Numbered from the stretch's first letter, positions 31,311 through 42,557 are shown. The stretch is 64,000 nucleotides of DNA from an uncultured Gemmatimonadaceae bacterium (GCA_963822945.1 CAWGJO010000036.1:60897-124896), one strand, 5' to 3'. The notes: generated by a model not told the origin, from the letters alone. Numbers and translations: made by a program.

Positions 31311-34091
31311 CTACCCGGGAGCCGGGGACGTGAACCGGTAGCTCCCCGACCCCACGTCCACCACGACGTCCGCCCCGCGCTGGCGGACCGAGCGCACGCC
31401 GGCGTCGCCCGCCAACGGCCGGCCGCTCTCGCGCACGCGGTCCGCGGTCGTCCCGCGCAGCGTAACCGTGGACCACGTGTTCGGCGGCACCGTCGCGTCG
31501 AGTGTGAAGGTGCCGCCGTCCAGCTTCCACGACGAAGCCAGCGTGCCGTACCGGGTGACGATCGACGTGCGCGCACTGGTGAGCCCACCGCCGGGCCTGG
31601 GCGCGATGATCGAATGCGCGTACCCCGGCGCGGCCGGGTCCACGTCGATGCCGCCGATGGTCCGGTACATCCAGTCGCCCACCGCGCCGAAGGCGTAGTG
31701 GTTGAAGGAATTCATGCTCGGGTCCTCGAACGTGCCATCGGGCTCGATTCCGTCCCACCGTTCCCACATCGTGGTCGCGCCGCGCGTGATGGGATAGAGC
31801 CACGACGGATAGGTGCGCTGCAGCAGCAGCGCGTACGCCACGTCGAGGTGTCCGGTGTTGGTCAACGCGTCGAGCAGGTTGGGCGTGCCCAGGAACCCCG
31901 TGGTGAGGTGCATCCCGTGCGCGTGCACGTCGGCGGCCAGCCGCGCGCCAGCGGTGGCCAGCAGCGAGTCGGGAAGCAGATCGAACTGCAGGGCCAGCGC
32001 GTACGCGGTCTGTGTGCTCGAGCCCACCCGACCGGCCGGCGTCACGAACTCGTGGTCGAACGCCGCGCGTTCGCGGCGGAAGAGCGCATCGTACTTCGCG
32101 GCATCCGCCGAGCGGCCCAGCACCCGCGCCGCGCGCGCCACCAGATGGGCCGAATGCGCCAGGTACGCCGTACCGATGAGATCGGTGCCCGTGGTCGCGC
32201 CCGGATAGCCGGCGTCGGTGCTGTGGTAGGCCAGCCAGTCGCCGAACCGCCACCCGGGCCGCCACACGCCGTCGCCGCCCGTCTGCCGCTGCTCGAAGTC
32301 CACCCAGCCGCGCATGCTCGCGAACTGGCGCGCCAGCAGTGCGCTATCGCCGTACGCGAGATACATGGTCCACGGAACGATCACCGAGGCGTCGCCCCAC
32401 CCCGCGGTGCCCGCCTTGTCGGTGCTGTCGCCGCCCATCGGGTTGGGAATCACCCACGGCACGCTGCCGTCGGGATGCTGATCGATGGCGAGGTCGGCGA
32501 GCCAGTTGGCGAAGAAGCCATCCACACCCATGTTGAACGCTGCCGTGCGCGCGAACACCTGCGCGTCGCCCGTCCACCCCAGCCGCTCGTCGCGCTGCGG
32601 GCAGTCGGTGGGCACGCCCAGGAAGTTGCTGCGCTGTCCCCACACGATGTTGTGCTGGAGCGCGTTCAGCATCGTGTCGGACGTGACGAAGGTGCCCGTC
32701 TGCTCCAGGTCGGACGAGAGCGCGATGCCGGTGATCGTAGTGCTGTCCGGCGCGTCCGGCAGCCCCGACACCGCGACGTAGCGGAAGCCATGGTAGGTGA
32801 AGTGGGGCTCGTACGTCTCCGGCCCACCGCCCCTGGCTATGTAGCGGTCGGTCTGTTTGGCCAGCCGGAGGTTGCCGGTGTAGATGTTCCCGTCGTGGTC
32901 CAACACCTCGGCGAAGCGCATCCGGATCTCCGTGCCCGCCGGTGCGTTCACGCGCAGCCGCGCCCACCCGGTGAAGTTCTGGCCGAGATCGAACAGCGTC
33001 TCGCCGTTCGGCGCGCGGGTGATCGACACGGGTTTCAGCTCACGCACGGGGCGCACGGGCGGCGCTACCGGGGCCACGAGCGTTGCGGACGGCGCCGGGA
33101 GCAGCGCCACCGGCGTCCAGCCGGCATCGTCGAAGCCCGGCGACATCCAGCCCGCGCGATCGAGCCGCGCGTCGTACGTCTCGCCGTTGTAGATGTCGGA
33201 GTAGCGCACCGGGCCGTCGATGGTCTTCCACGAACCATCCGACACGATGCGCTGCCTGTGGCCGTCGGCGTAGCGCACGTCGAGCTGCAGCAGCAGCGCC
33301 CGGTGCTCGCCGTACAGGTTGCGATCGTGATCGAAGCCCAGGTACCCGCGGTACCAGCCGTCGCCGAGCATCGCGCCCACGGCGTTGTCGCCGTCGCGGA
33401 GCATCGTGGTGACGTCGTACGTCTCGTACTGCAGCCGGTGGTGGTACGAGGTCCAACCGGGCGTGAACTCGGCGTCGGTCACACGCCGGCCGTTGAGGTA
33501 CACCTGGTCGAGCCCCAGACTGGTCACGTAGAGGCGGGCCGAGCGCACGCGCCCGTGGAGCCGGAACTCGCGCCGCAGCAATGGGGAAGGCGTGGCGCCG
33601 CTGTCGCCCGGCACGGGCGCGGTGCCGATCCACCGCGCCGTCCAGTCGCCCGGCTTCAGCAATCCCGTCTCCCAGTAGGCGGGCGCACTCCACGCCGATG
33701 CGTCGCCCGCGGCGGTCCAGACGCGCACGCGCCAGAAGTACCGCGTGGCCGACGCCGGCGCGGGAAGCGCATCGGCGGCGAACACCGAGGCGCTCGATGC
33801 GACGCGTTTCGAGTCCCAGAGCAGATGCGCGCCGCGCGCGAGATCCGCCGCGCTCCCGGCCACCTGCACCTGGTACGCCGCCTGCATCGTGTTGCGGACG
33901 TCGCTCTCCAGTCGCCAGCTCAGCCTCGGGTGCTGCGCGTCGATGCCCACCGGGTTGCGCAGGTACTCGGCGCGGAGCCCGGTGACGGCCACGTGGGCCG
34001 GTGCCGGCGGGTGACCGGTGGGCGGCGCAGCGGCCGCGGTGACGAGCGCCAGCAGCAGCGCACCGATGAAGAGCGTCGACCGATGCCGCAC
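31311..34091 (-). CDS. Alpha-L-rhamnosidase (GH78)
   Basis: DLGQNFTG, FTYHGFRYV, PTDCPQRDERLGWTGD, TTMWERW and SFNHYAFG motifs. Confidence 0.95.
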   Translation of the reverse strand: MRHRSTLFIGALLLALVTAAAAPPTGHPPAPAHVAVTGLRAEYLRNPVGIDAQHPRLSWRLESDVRNTMQAAYQVQVAGSAADLARGAHLLWDSKRVASSASVFAADALPAPASATRYFWRVRVWTAAGDASAWSAPAYWETGLLKPGDWTARWIGTAPVPGDSGATPSPLLRREFRLHGRVRSARLYVTSLGLDQVYLNGRRVTDAEFTPGWTSYHHRLQYETYDVTTMLRDGDNAVGAMLGDGWYRGYLGFDHDRNLYGEHRALLLQLDVRYADGHRQRIVSDGSWKTIDGPVRYSDIYNGETYDARLDRAGWMSPGFDDAGWTPVALLPAPSATLVAPVAPPVRPVRELKPVSITRAPNGETLFDLGQNFTGWARLRVNAPAGTEIRMRFAEVLDHDGNIYTGNLRLAKQTDRYIARGGGPETYEPHFTYHGFRYVAVSGLPDAPDSTTITGIALSSDLEQTGTFVTSDTMLNALQHNIVWGQRSNFLGVPTDCPQRDERLGWTGDAQVFARTAAFNMGVDGFFANWLADLAIDQHPDGSVPWVIPNPMGGDSTDKAGTAGWGDASVIVPWTMYLAYGDSALLARQFASMRGWVDFEQRQTGGDGVWRPGWRFGDWLAYHSTDAGYPGATTGTDLIGTAYLAHSAHLVARAARVLGRSADAAKYDALFRRERAAFDHEFVTPAGRVGSSTQTAYALALQFDLLPDSLLATAGARLAADVHAHGMHLTTGFLGTPNLLDALTNTGHLDVAYALLLQRTYPSWLYPITRGATTMWERWDGIEPDGTFEDPSMNSFNHYAFGAVGDWMYRTIGGIDVDPAAPGYAHSIIAPRPGGGLTSARTSIVTRYGTLASSWKLDGGTFTLDATVPPNTWSTVTLRGTTADRVRESGRPLAGDAGVRSVRQRGADVVVDVGSGSYRFTSPAPG

Positions 34092-34092
34092 G

Positions 34093-34416
34093 TCAGGCGG
34101 CCGGCTCGATCACCACAGCGGTGCCGTAGGCCACGATCTCGCTCATCGTCTGCCCGATTTCCGAGGAATCGAAGCGCATCATGACGATGGCGTTGGCGCC
34201 CATAGCCGTGGCGTTCTGCACCATCCGGTCCACCGCATGGCGCCGCGCTTCCTCGAGCAGCTGCGTGTACTCGGTGATCTCACCACCCACGATGGAGCGC
34301 AGTCCGGCCATGATGTTGCCGCCCAGTCCGCGGCTGCGAACCACGACCCCGAACGCCTGTCCCTTGGATTCCCTGACGCGGTATCCCGCGACGTATTCCG
34401 ACGTGACGACTATCAT
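34093..34416 (-). CDS. ybjQ: YbjQ/UPF0145-family protein
   Basis: MIVVTSE.VAGY, GEITEYT and GANAIV.MRFD...EIVAYGTAV motifs. Confidence 0.92.
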   Translation of the reverse strand: MIVVTSEYVAGYRVRESKGQAFGVVVRSRGLGGNIMAGLRSIVGGEITEYTQLLEEARRHAVDRMVQNATAMGANAIVMMRFDSSEIGQTMSEIVAYGTAVVIEPAA

Positions 34417-34587
34417 GAGCGACATTTCCTCCCGCAGGACCGGATGGTGAACGAGCCGGCGATCGACGACCCCTCCGAAACTATCTCCCGAGCGGCCGGG
34501 GGCCAGGAGGGGCCGCGATAAGAGAACGCTTGACCCCGCGTTCGGGATGGGCCAGTATGGGCGGACCTCCGACGCCGGAATCCCTCC

Positions 34588-35709
34588 ATGCACGGTTCCC
34601 GCCCCCTCGCACGGTTCGCCGCGCTCCTCGCGCTCCCCATCGCCACCGCCTGCGCCCATCGCCCACCGGGCCGGCACGTGTCACCCACCGGCGAGGACGC
34701 CGGCTCCTGTCTCCGCAGTCCGTGCGCGACCATCGCGTTCGCGGTCCACCAGGCGCACCCGGGCGACACCATCTCCGTGGACAGCGGCACGTATCACGAA
34801 GCGGTGCTGATCACCAAGCGGGTGACGCTCCTCGGGCACCAGGCCACGATCGACGTCGCGGGCCAGACATCGCCGCCCAACGGCGTCATGATCTCGGGCG
34901 ACAGCGCGGCCGGCACGCGCGTGGCGGGGTTCACGATTCAAAACGCAGGGCTGGAGGGCATCTACGTCCTCGGCACATCGAACGTGACCATCGAGCACAA
35001 CACCCTCCTGCACAACGACACGTACGGCCCGGAGAATCCGGTGTGCTCCAAGCACCAGAGCGACTGCGGCGAGGCCATCCACCTGCAGGCGGTGCACGGG
35101 TCGACGGTTCGCGGCAACACCATCCGCAACAACTACGGCGGCATTCTGCTCACCGACGAGACGGGCCCCACGCACGACAACACCATCGACGGCAACACGC
35201 TCGCCGACAACCCGAAGGACTGCGGCATCACGCTGGCCTCGCACTGGATCGACACCACGGCCGCGGCCGCGCCGGGGGTGGCGGGCATCTACCACAACAC
35301 CGTCACGAACAATACGGTGTCGGGGAGCGGCGGGGCCGGCATCGGGATCTTCGCCGCCGGGCCCGGTGGGGCCGCGTGGGAGAACGTGGTCGAGGGCAAC
35401 ACGTCGACGAAGAACCTGTTCGCCGGTCTCATGATCCACGCCCACGCTCCACACCAGAACGTGGACGGGAACGTGTTCCGGAACAACACGCTGGCCGACA
35501 ACGGCACCGACGTCCTCAACCCGGCCGACAAGCACCCCGCCGGGATCAGTCTGTTCAGCGCCGTGGTCCCGATCCGGGGAACCGTGATCACCGGCAACCG
35601 GGTGCGCAACGAGCACTACGGCGTGATCGGCCAGAACGTCGACTCGCTCAGCAATTTCGAGAGCAACACCATCGACGGTTCGGTGACCGTGGCGAAGTCG
35701 ATCCGCTGA
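34588..35709 (+). CDS. Right-handed parallel beta-helix (NosD/pectin-lyase-like) lipoprotein
   Basis: Lipobox-like IATAC; PCATIAFAV...PGDTI.V.SGTY; repeated N.I..N..GI units. Confidence 0.85.
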   Translation: MHGSRPLARFAALLALPIATACAHRPPGRHVSPTGEDAGSCLRSPCATIAFAVHQAHPGDTISVDSGTYHEAVLITKRVTLLGHQATIDVAGQTSPPNGVMISGDSAAGTRVAGFTIQNAGLEGIYVLGTSNVTIEHNTLLHNDTYGPENPVCSKHQSDCGEAIHLQAVHGSTVRGNTIRNNYGGILLTDETGPTHDNTIDGNTLADNPKDCGITLASHWIDTTAAAAPGVAGIYHNTVTNNTVSGSGGAGIGIFAAGPGGAAWENVVEGNTSTKNLFAGLMIHAHAPHQNVDGNVFRNNTLADNGTDVLNPADKHPAGISLFSAVVPIRGTVITGNRVRNEHYGVIGQNVDSLSNFESNTIDGSVTVAKSIR

Positions 35710-35908
35710 CGACCGACACGCGCTCCGAACCGTGCGGGCCGCCGCTTCAGGTCTTCACCGGACCGGTCCAGCGGCGGCCCGGTCCGGCGCGTACTTTAGG
35801 TGCTGCCGAGCCCCCCGGGGCCCGCAGCCGCCGTCTCCTTCCCTCTCCCCTTCCCAACCGCGCGACCACCCGTCCCCCTCGGATGCGCCGCCCCTGATTC
35901 CGACCGAC

Positions 35909-38905
35909 ATGAGACACCGTTTCGCGCAGGCCGTCATGTGTGCCGCGGCCGCCCTCGCCCTCGCCGCGTCCACCGTGGCCGCCCAGCAATCCGTCCTCCA
36001 AACGCGCGACCCGCACCAGCAGCAGGACCCCGGGTTCACCACGTTCTACAAGACGTGGACGCACCACGGGAGCCCGCTGGTGGACCACCTGCCGCTCGTC
36101 AAAGGCGTGCCGACGCCCAAGCAGTTCCTGGGCTATTACATCGGCGCGCCGAAGAAGCTCACGTACTACGACGAGATGGTGAAGTACTACCGCGCCCTCG
36201 CCAAGGCGACGCCGCGGGTGAAGGTGGAGACCATCGGCCGTTCGGACGAGGGACGCGAACTGGTGGTCGTGTGGGTGTCGTCCGAGGCGAACCTTCAGCA
36301 TCTGGCGCAGAACCGCGCGAACCTGGCCAAGCTCGCCGACCCGCGCGGGCTCACCTCCGGGCAGATCCACGAGCTGATCGCGAACACGAAGCCGGACTAC
36401 CACCTGATGGGCGGGCTGCACTCGGGCGAGACGGGACCGCCGGAAATGCTGATGGAGCTCGTCTATCGTCTGGCCACCGAGACGTCGCCGCTGGTCACGA
36501 AGATCCGCGACAACGTGATCGTCTCGGTGACGCCGGCCGCCGAGCCCGACGGGCGCGACCGCAACGTCGACTGGTTCTATCACGGGCTCGACATGAAGGC
36601 CAAGTACGGACCGGCCGATTCCGCGGCGCTGGCCGACAGCCTGCGCGCCGACAGCCTGAAGGCCGACAGCGCCGCGTCCGGCGGAGAACGCGGACGCCGG
36701 GGTGGACGCGGTGGCCGCGGCGGCGCCACGCCGGCAGCCGGTGCCCCCGGGCGTGGGGGACGCGGCGGCAGGGGCGGCAGCCTGGAGGGCGGACTCCCCT
36801 ACTGGGGCAAGTACGTCTTCCACGACAACAACCGCGACATCAACCTCTCGCAGGTCGAGATGCGCGCGATCACCGATTGGTACTTCACGGCGCACCCGCC
36901 CATCGTGCACGACATGCACGAGGCGGAGGCGCTGATGTACATCTACAGCGGCGGTCCGCCGCAGAATCCGACGCTCGATCCGATTCTCTTCACCGAACTG
37001 CCCTTCTTCGCCAACTACCAGCTCGAGCAGCTCACCAAGTACGGCATGCCGGGCGTGTACACGCACGCCTTCATGGACGGCTGGTCGCCGGGCTACCTGG
37101 GATCGGTGGCCTACAACCACAACGGCATGATGGAGATGTACGAGACCGAATCGGGCCACGACATTCCGGCCGATTCGATGTCCGACAGCATTGCCAACAC
37201 GCCGCCGCCGGCGCGCGGCGGGGCCCGGGGGCGCGGCGGCTTCGGCGGCCGCGGCGAGAGCCTGCCCACCGGCAAGGGTGACGGCCAGCCGCGCGAGTGG
37301 TATCGCGGCCTGCCCGTTCCGGCCAACGGCGTCGCGACGTTCACCCGGCGCGACAACACCAACTACATGGAAACCGGCGTCCTGTCGGCGCTGCAACTCA
37401 CGTCGATGTTCCCGCAGATGGTACTCGAGAACTTCTTCGTGATGACCGAGCACTCGCTCAACGACGGCCGCACGCAGGCCCCCTACGCCTACGTCATTCC
37501 GGTGGCGCCCGACATGACCAAGCCGGCGGCGCTCGTCAACATCCTGCGCGCCCAGGGCATCGAGGTCGGCATGCTCCGCCAGCGTACCGTGGCCGGCAAG
37601 GACACCTTCCCCGCCGGCTCGTACGTGGTGAAGCTCGACCAGCCGTACGGCCGCCTGGCCAAGAACCTGTTGCAGAAGCAGATCTTCCCCGACGCGCGGC
37701 TCACCACGTACGACGACAGCGGCTGGTCGATGGGCTGGGCGTTCGACGTCACGGTGAAGGAGATCGACGACGCGTCGATCCTCGACGCGGCGGTCACGCC
37801 GGTGAAGAAGGCCGAGGTGGCGGGCACGGTGGCCGGCAGCGGCACGGCCGCGCTCGCCGTGGCGCACTACGGCTCCAACAACATGATCACCTTCCGGTAC
37901 CTGCTGAAGCAGGTGCCCATGCGGGTGGCCGACTCGGCGTTCACCGCCGATGGCGTGCGCTTCCCGGCCGGTTCGTTCCTCGTCACCGGCTCGGCGGCCG
38001 AACTCGCCGCGGCCCAGCGCGCCGTCGATTCGCTGGGTCTCACCGCGGCCGCGCTCTCGTCGCTGCCGAAGGTCGCGTCACACGACGCCAACGTGCCGCG
38101 CGTGGCCATCTACTCCCAGTGGAACGGCACGCAGAACCTCGGCTGGTATCGGTTCACCTTCGACAAGTTCCACGTCCCGTACGACCTGATCTTCAAGGAC
38201 CGCGTCGAGCAGGGGAACCTGAAGCGCGACTACGACGTGATCGTGATGGCGGCGCAGAACGTCAGCCGGTCGGCGGTGTTCGCCCCCAAGGCCAAGCACC
38301 CGCAGCCGTACGAGCAGAGCGCCAAGTACCGGTTCCTCGGCATGTACGGCTCGACGCCGGACATGAGCGGCGGATTCGGGCAGCAGGGCGTCGACGCGAT
38401 CAATGCGTTCCTCGATGCCGGCGGCACGCTGATCGCTGCCGACCAGGCGGTGCACTATCCCATCGAGTTCGGGCTGGCGCGCTCCGTGGAGACCGAGAAC
38501 CCCAGGGGCGTGGTGGCGCAGAAGCCGCTGGTCATGGCCCGGATCACCCGCACCGACAGCCCGATCTTCTACGGCTATGCCGCCGATACGATTCCGGTGA
38601 AGTTCGGCCAGGGGTCGCAGGTGTTCCACATCGGCGCGGCCGATTCGGCCAACGTACTCGCCGAGTACGTGGGCGGCGACTCGTCGGTGCTGAGCGGGTT
38701 GATGACCGGCGCCGACCACCTGGAGCACCAGCCGTTCGTGGTCGACATCCCGAAGGCGCACGATGGGAACGGTCGCGTGATCATGTTCGCCAACAACCCG
38801 ATCTACCGATGGCAGAACCACGGCGAGTTCAACATGGTGTTCAACGCGATCATCAACTGGGACGACCCGACGCCGCCCAAGCGCGGCGGACCATCGGAGA
38901 AGTAG
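35909..38905 (+). CDS. M14-family zinc carboxypeptidase with C-terminal GATase-like domain
   Basis: IGRSDEGR, GGLHSGE, DNNRD and HDMHE motifs. Confidence 0.9.
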   Translation: MRHRFAQAVMCAAAALALAASTVAAQQSVLQTRDPHQQQDPGFTTFYKTWTHHGSPLVDHLPLVKGVPTPKQFLGYYIGAPKKLTYYDEMVKYYRALAKATPRVKVETIGRSDEGRELVVVWVSSEANLQHLAQNRANLAKLADPRGLTSGQIHELIANTKPDYHLMGGLHSGETGPPEMLMELVYRLATETSPLVTKIRDNVIVSVTPAAEPDGRDRNVDWFYHGLDMKAKYGPADSAALADSLRADSLKADSAASGGERGRRGGRGGRGGATPAAGAPGRGGRGGRGGSLEGGLPYWGKYVFHDNNRDINLSQVEMRAITDWYFTAHPPIVHDMHEAEALMYIYSGGPPQNPTLDPILFTELPFFANYQLEQLTKYGMPGVYTHAFMDGWSPGYLGSVAYNHNGMMEMYETESGHDIPADSMSDSIANTPPPARGGARGRGGFGGRGESLPTGKGDGQPREWYRGLPVPANGVATFTRRDNTNYMETGVLSALQLTSMFPQMVLENFFVMTEHSLNDGRTQAPYAYVIPVAPDMTKPAALVNILRAQGIEVGMLRQRTVAGKDTFPAGSYVVKLDQPYGRLAKNLLQKQIFPDARLTTYDDSGWSMGWAFDVTVKEIDDASILDAAVTPVKKAEVAGTVAGSGTAALAVAHYGSNNMITFRYLLKQVPMRVADSAFTADGVRFPAGSFLVTGSAAELAAAQRAVDSLGLTAAALSSLPKVASHDANVPRVAIYSQWNGTQNLGWYRFTFDKFHVPYDLIFKDRVEQGNLKRDYDVIVMAAQNVSRSAVFAPKAKHPQPYEQSAKYRFLGMYGSTPDMSGGFGQQGVDAINAFLDAGGTLIAADQAVHYPIEFGLARSVETENPRGVVAQKPLVMARITRTDSPIFYGYAADTIPVKFGQGSQVFHIGAADSANVLAEYVGGDSSVLSGLMTGADHLEHQPFVVDIPKAHDGNGRVIMFANNPIYRWQNHGEFNMVFNAIINWDDPTPPKRGGPSEK

Positions 38906-38992
38906 CAAGCCCGGCACCCGGATGCCCGCGTGGTTCGTCCACGTGGGCACCCGGCGCGCCGCGGGCGCCGTCGTTCCCCGAAGCGCCCGGCG

Positions 38993-39391
38993 TTACAACC
39001 CCTGGATCACCAGGTCCAGCGTGTCGCCCGGGAATGCCTGCATCCGCTGGCTCTCCTCGCGGATGGAGCTGGCGAACCGGTTGGTGATGAACCGGATGGA
39101 GGTCGAACCGTTCACGTAGACCCGCGGAATCGTGAAGTCCGTGGTGGACGCGGCGGTGGCGGTCCCGAGCCGCTGGGTCACGCCGCCCATCGTCACGTAG
39201 ACCGTGCGACCGGAGAGCGCGTTGTTCTGCACCTGGAGCGTGGCCGTCTTGACGGTCGCGGTGTCGCGGGCCGAGGGCGGCGCGACGGTGTTGCGTGGCG
39301 CGAAGGCGGGGCGGCTGGCCGCCGTGAGAAGCGCGACGGTGATGGCGAGCGTCGACAACGCGGCGCCGCGCGAGGTGATGCGATTCAGCAT
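38993..39391 (-). CDS. Small secreted beta-rich protein (paralog 1)
   Basis: Signal peptide; similar to the neighbour (RLGTATAASTT.FTIP...PGDT.D..IQ). Confidence 0.75.
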   Translation of the reverse strand: MLNRITSRGAALSTLAITVALLTAASRPAFAPRNTVAPPSARDTATVKTATLQVQNNALSGRTVYVTMGGVTQRLGTATAASTTDFTIPRVYVNGSTSIRFITNRFASSIREESQRMQAFPGDTLDLVIQGL

Positions 39392-39523
39392 GAGTGTACG
39401 AACTCCGTTGTGATTCTACACGAGTTCGTACACCCCGCCGCAGCCTTTGATCGGCCTCCCCACCTCAAGAATTGTGAAAGATCCGGGCATCGGGGCCGGG
39501 GCCACGATGTCCGGACCCAACGA

Positions 39524-39943
39524 TCAGCCGTTGCCGCTGACGCCGGTGATCTCCAGCGCGCCCAGTCCGGATTGGATCATCATGTCCACGGTGTCGCCGG
39601 GCGCCACGTACGTTTGCGGGCTCCAGTCGTAGTAGAAGCCGGCGAACCGGCGGGCCTGGAACCACACATACGAGTTCGCCTGCACGAACGTCGGCGGGAT
39701 GGTGAACGTGGTGGTCGAGGCAGCGGTCGCGGTGCCGATGCGCTCGCGCATGCCGCCCTCGGTCACGAGGTAGATGATGCGATCCGTGAAGCCGTCGTTC
39801 TCGACTTTGAGGGTCACGGTATCGTGGCGTACGGTATGGTGGGCCGGCGGCGGCGCCGGGCGGAAGGCGGTCGTCGCGGCGAGAAGGCCGGCGAGCGACA
39901 GCGCCCAGAGGGCGCCGGTTCGCATGACAATTCGGGATGACAT
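39524..39943 (-). CDS. Small secreted beta-rich protein (paralog 2)
   Basis: RIGTATAASTTTFTIP...PGDTVDMMIQ. Confidence 0.75.
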   Translation of the reverse strand: MSSRIVMRTGALWALSLAGLLAATTAFRPAPPPAHHTVRHDTVTLKVENDGFTDRIIYLVTEGGMRERIGTATAASTTTFTIPPTFVQANSYVWFQARRFAGFYYDWSPQTYVAPGDTVDMMIQSGLGALEITGVSGNG

Positions 39944-40070
39944 GGCTGTACGACTCCGTTTCGGTTACACGGAGTGGTACCCCATACGATCGCTTTCGGT
40001 CTGCTACCCGATGTCGAGGATCGTGTACGAACCTTTCGCAGGGATTACCGAGTCACCACGCGCCACGCGT

Positions 40071-40361
40071 CTACTCGCGGTCGCTCTCCTCGCGGTAGTG
40101 CCGCTCGCCGGTCTCGCGATTGAAGTACACCTCGACCATCTTGCCGCTCGCCGGATCGAGGAACCGCTCGCCCGTGGCGCGCCAGTTGCCGATGCGCGGG
40201 GGTGGCGGCGTGTACCGCCAGCGCTCGAACAGCACGCCGGCCGAGTAGGCCCCCCCGGTGATGAACAGGTAGAAGGCCGCGCCGTAGGCGTGCAACGCCA
40301 CGGCCACGCCCCCCGCCAACAACAGGCCGACGCCGAGCGCCACGACCAATCGCTTGAGCAC
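40071..40361 (-). CDS. Small membrane protein
   Basis: Two TM helices, then FERWRY...W.ATGERF.DP.SG....VY....TGER.Y. Confidence 0.75.
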   Translation of the reverse strand: MLKRLVVALGVGLLLAGGVAVALHAYGAAFYLFITGGAYSAGVLFERWRYTPPPPRIGNWRATGERFLDPASGKMVEVYFNRETGERHYREESDRE

Positions 40362-40362
40362 G

Positions 40363-40458
40363 TCAGGTGACCCGATCGAGGACCACGGGGCCGAAGGGCC
40401 GCCCCGTGGATTCCTCGACGCGATATCCCGCGACGCACTCCGATGTCACGACGGTCAT
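40363..40458 (-). pseudogene. Truncated ybjQ 5' remnant
   Basis: MTVVTSECVAGYRVEESTGRPFG versus intact YbjQ MIVVTSEYVAGYRVRESKGQAFG, followed by a stop. Confidence 0.75.
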
Positions 40459-40490
40459 GGCGCCCGCTCCTGGGTCGATGGACGGCCCGG

Positions 40491-41646
40491 CTATTTCCCG
40501 ATCTCGAGAATCGTGAACGACCCCGGCACCGCGCGGCGGCGGAAGTACCCGCGGCCGCGGCCGCGCTCTCCACCTCTCCCCTGCCCTGCAGCGGCACCCG
40601 CCGGCCGTTGCGGCATCGGCTCGAACTCCTGGCTCATGGTATAAATGTGCCCGGTGGATTCGTCCAGCGCGATGGTGCGCGCGCCGTTCATCGTCTGGAG
40701 CGTCTGCTCCATGGTGAAGCTCGTAGGGCTGTGCTCTTTCACCACGGCCAGGTAGCCGTTGCCGAGGGTGGCGAACGCCTCCTGCGTATTCGGGTTGAAC
40801 TCCGCGCCGTCCGAGCCGCCGGGCAGCGGCAGCTTGGCGAGGATCTTTCCGTCGGTGGCGCTTGAGGATCACCATCACCGCCTGCCGCGCGTCGGCGCCC
40901 TCACCCGAGCTGGCGCACGCCGCGAACAGCACGTGGTGCGCGTCGTCCAGCGCCAGTCCGTTACACCGGCCGGGGCCGCCCAGCGGGTAGTGCTTCACCG
41001 TCTTCATCGCGTTGACGTTCACCACCGCCACGCTCCCCTGCGCGTCCTGCATGATGTCGTACAGCGTGCCGTGTCCGTCGGCCACGCCCTCTTCGGGCAC
41101 GCCGCCCAGATCGATCGTGCCCACGACGTCGCCGGTCTTGGCGTCGATCACCGTGGCGTTCTTCGTGGGATGGCTGAAGACGTAGACGCGCTCGTTGTAC
41201 GAATCGAAGTGGATGCCGTCCGGCCGGGCGTCACCCACGTCGATCTCCTTGAGCACCTTGAGTGTCCTGGTGTCGAACATCGTGACCTTGGGACCGCTCA
41301 CGAACCCGTGATTGGACTTCGGGTCGATTGCCACGCCGTGCCCGCCCACGTTCGGGATCTCGCCCACCTGCTTGAGCGTGTGCAGATCGTAGACCATCAC
41401 GCGCTCGGCGGCTGCCGGCACGGCTTTGGTGGAGTCGGTGGCCGGCTCGGCGCGCGTGGCGCCGCGCGGGATATACAGCCGGCCGTCGGGGCCGGCGTAG
41501 ATGTAGTCCCAGCCTCCCTCGCCGCCCACGTTGGCGCGCTGGAGGACTTTGTACGGGCCGCTCGCGGCGGCCTGTTGGGCGGAGAGAGCGGCGCCGGGGA
41601 CGACGAGCGCTGCCGCGAGCGCGGATGCCAGGGCGAGATGACGCAT
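40491..41646 (-). CDS. YncE/YVTN-like secreted beta-propeller; frameshift near 40862
   Basis: GGEGGWDY, GHGVAID and TIDLGGVPE; the second frame ends GARTIALD...VPGSFTILEIGK. Confidence 0.85.
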
Positions 41647-41723
41647 GAGGGGACCCTCGGATGTCGGGGCGCGTGCCGGGGGGTGAGCGCAGCCTGAACA
41701 TACCGGCGGGACCTTACGCGGGC

Positions 41724-42275
41724 ATTACGGCGCTCGATGCCCGGGACGGGAGACCTCGCCTAGCGAAACTCGATGGCTCGGATATGCAACCGGTATCCGG
41801 TAGCAGTGCGAACGGCCCACGGCACGTACTGCTCTCGCTGTCCGCCCGCTCCAGCGCCGCTGCGCCAGATGCGAACGTTGAAGAGATAGGAGAGCCGGAC
41901 GTCCGTACGGTGACTTCCCCGCGCGGTGATCGCGATGTCGGCGTAGCGCAGGCCGGGGCGGCCCATCACATCGGTGTACTCCCACCCCTCCACACTGATC
42001 CGTTCGAGCCTGCCGTACCGCAGGACCTTCCGCGCGTCCAGCGGCAATGAGCCTGGTTTGCCGGCGCCGTGGAGCCCCAGGTTGCCGGCCACGCGCGGAT
42101 CGATCACCCCCCAGAGCCCGTCCAGCGACTCGAAGTCGATGGTCGCCCCGTCATCGAGGTGGATGCACCCTGGGCGAGCGATGGGTTTCCGGCGAGCCGC
42201 GAGCACGTCCGGCGCAGCCAGAAGCCCCATGCCGATCAGGGGGACCAATACGGTAATGCCAAGCGTCGTGTCCAT
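41724..42275 (-). CDS. Hypothetical protein (ORF stop at 41760)
   Basis: ORF with an N-terminal hydrophobic segment; no family recognised. Confidence 0.35.
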
Positions 42276-42557
42276 CGGGGGGCGCGGCCTCGTCGCCGCG
42301 GGAGATGGAAGGAAAATGAACACTCTCTAATACATGCCGGCCCCGGCTCCGTCAATGGACAATTCTGGTCTAGTGACGTCGCGAACCTGCAACGCTGCAC
42401 ACGTGCGACGGAACCGGGCCCGGCGGTTCTGACCAGGACGGAGAACCGAACTGTGGGCGCCCGGTGTCAGAGACGTTGTTCCCCTTCGAATCTGCACGAT
42501 TCGCCACCGGCCCCGCCCAGGCCCTATAGTAGGGCACCGAGTCACCCGGAGAATCCG

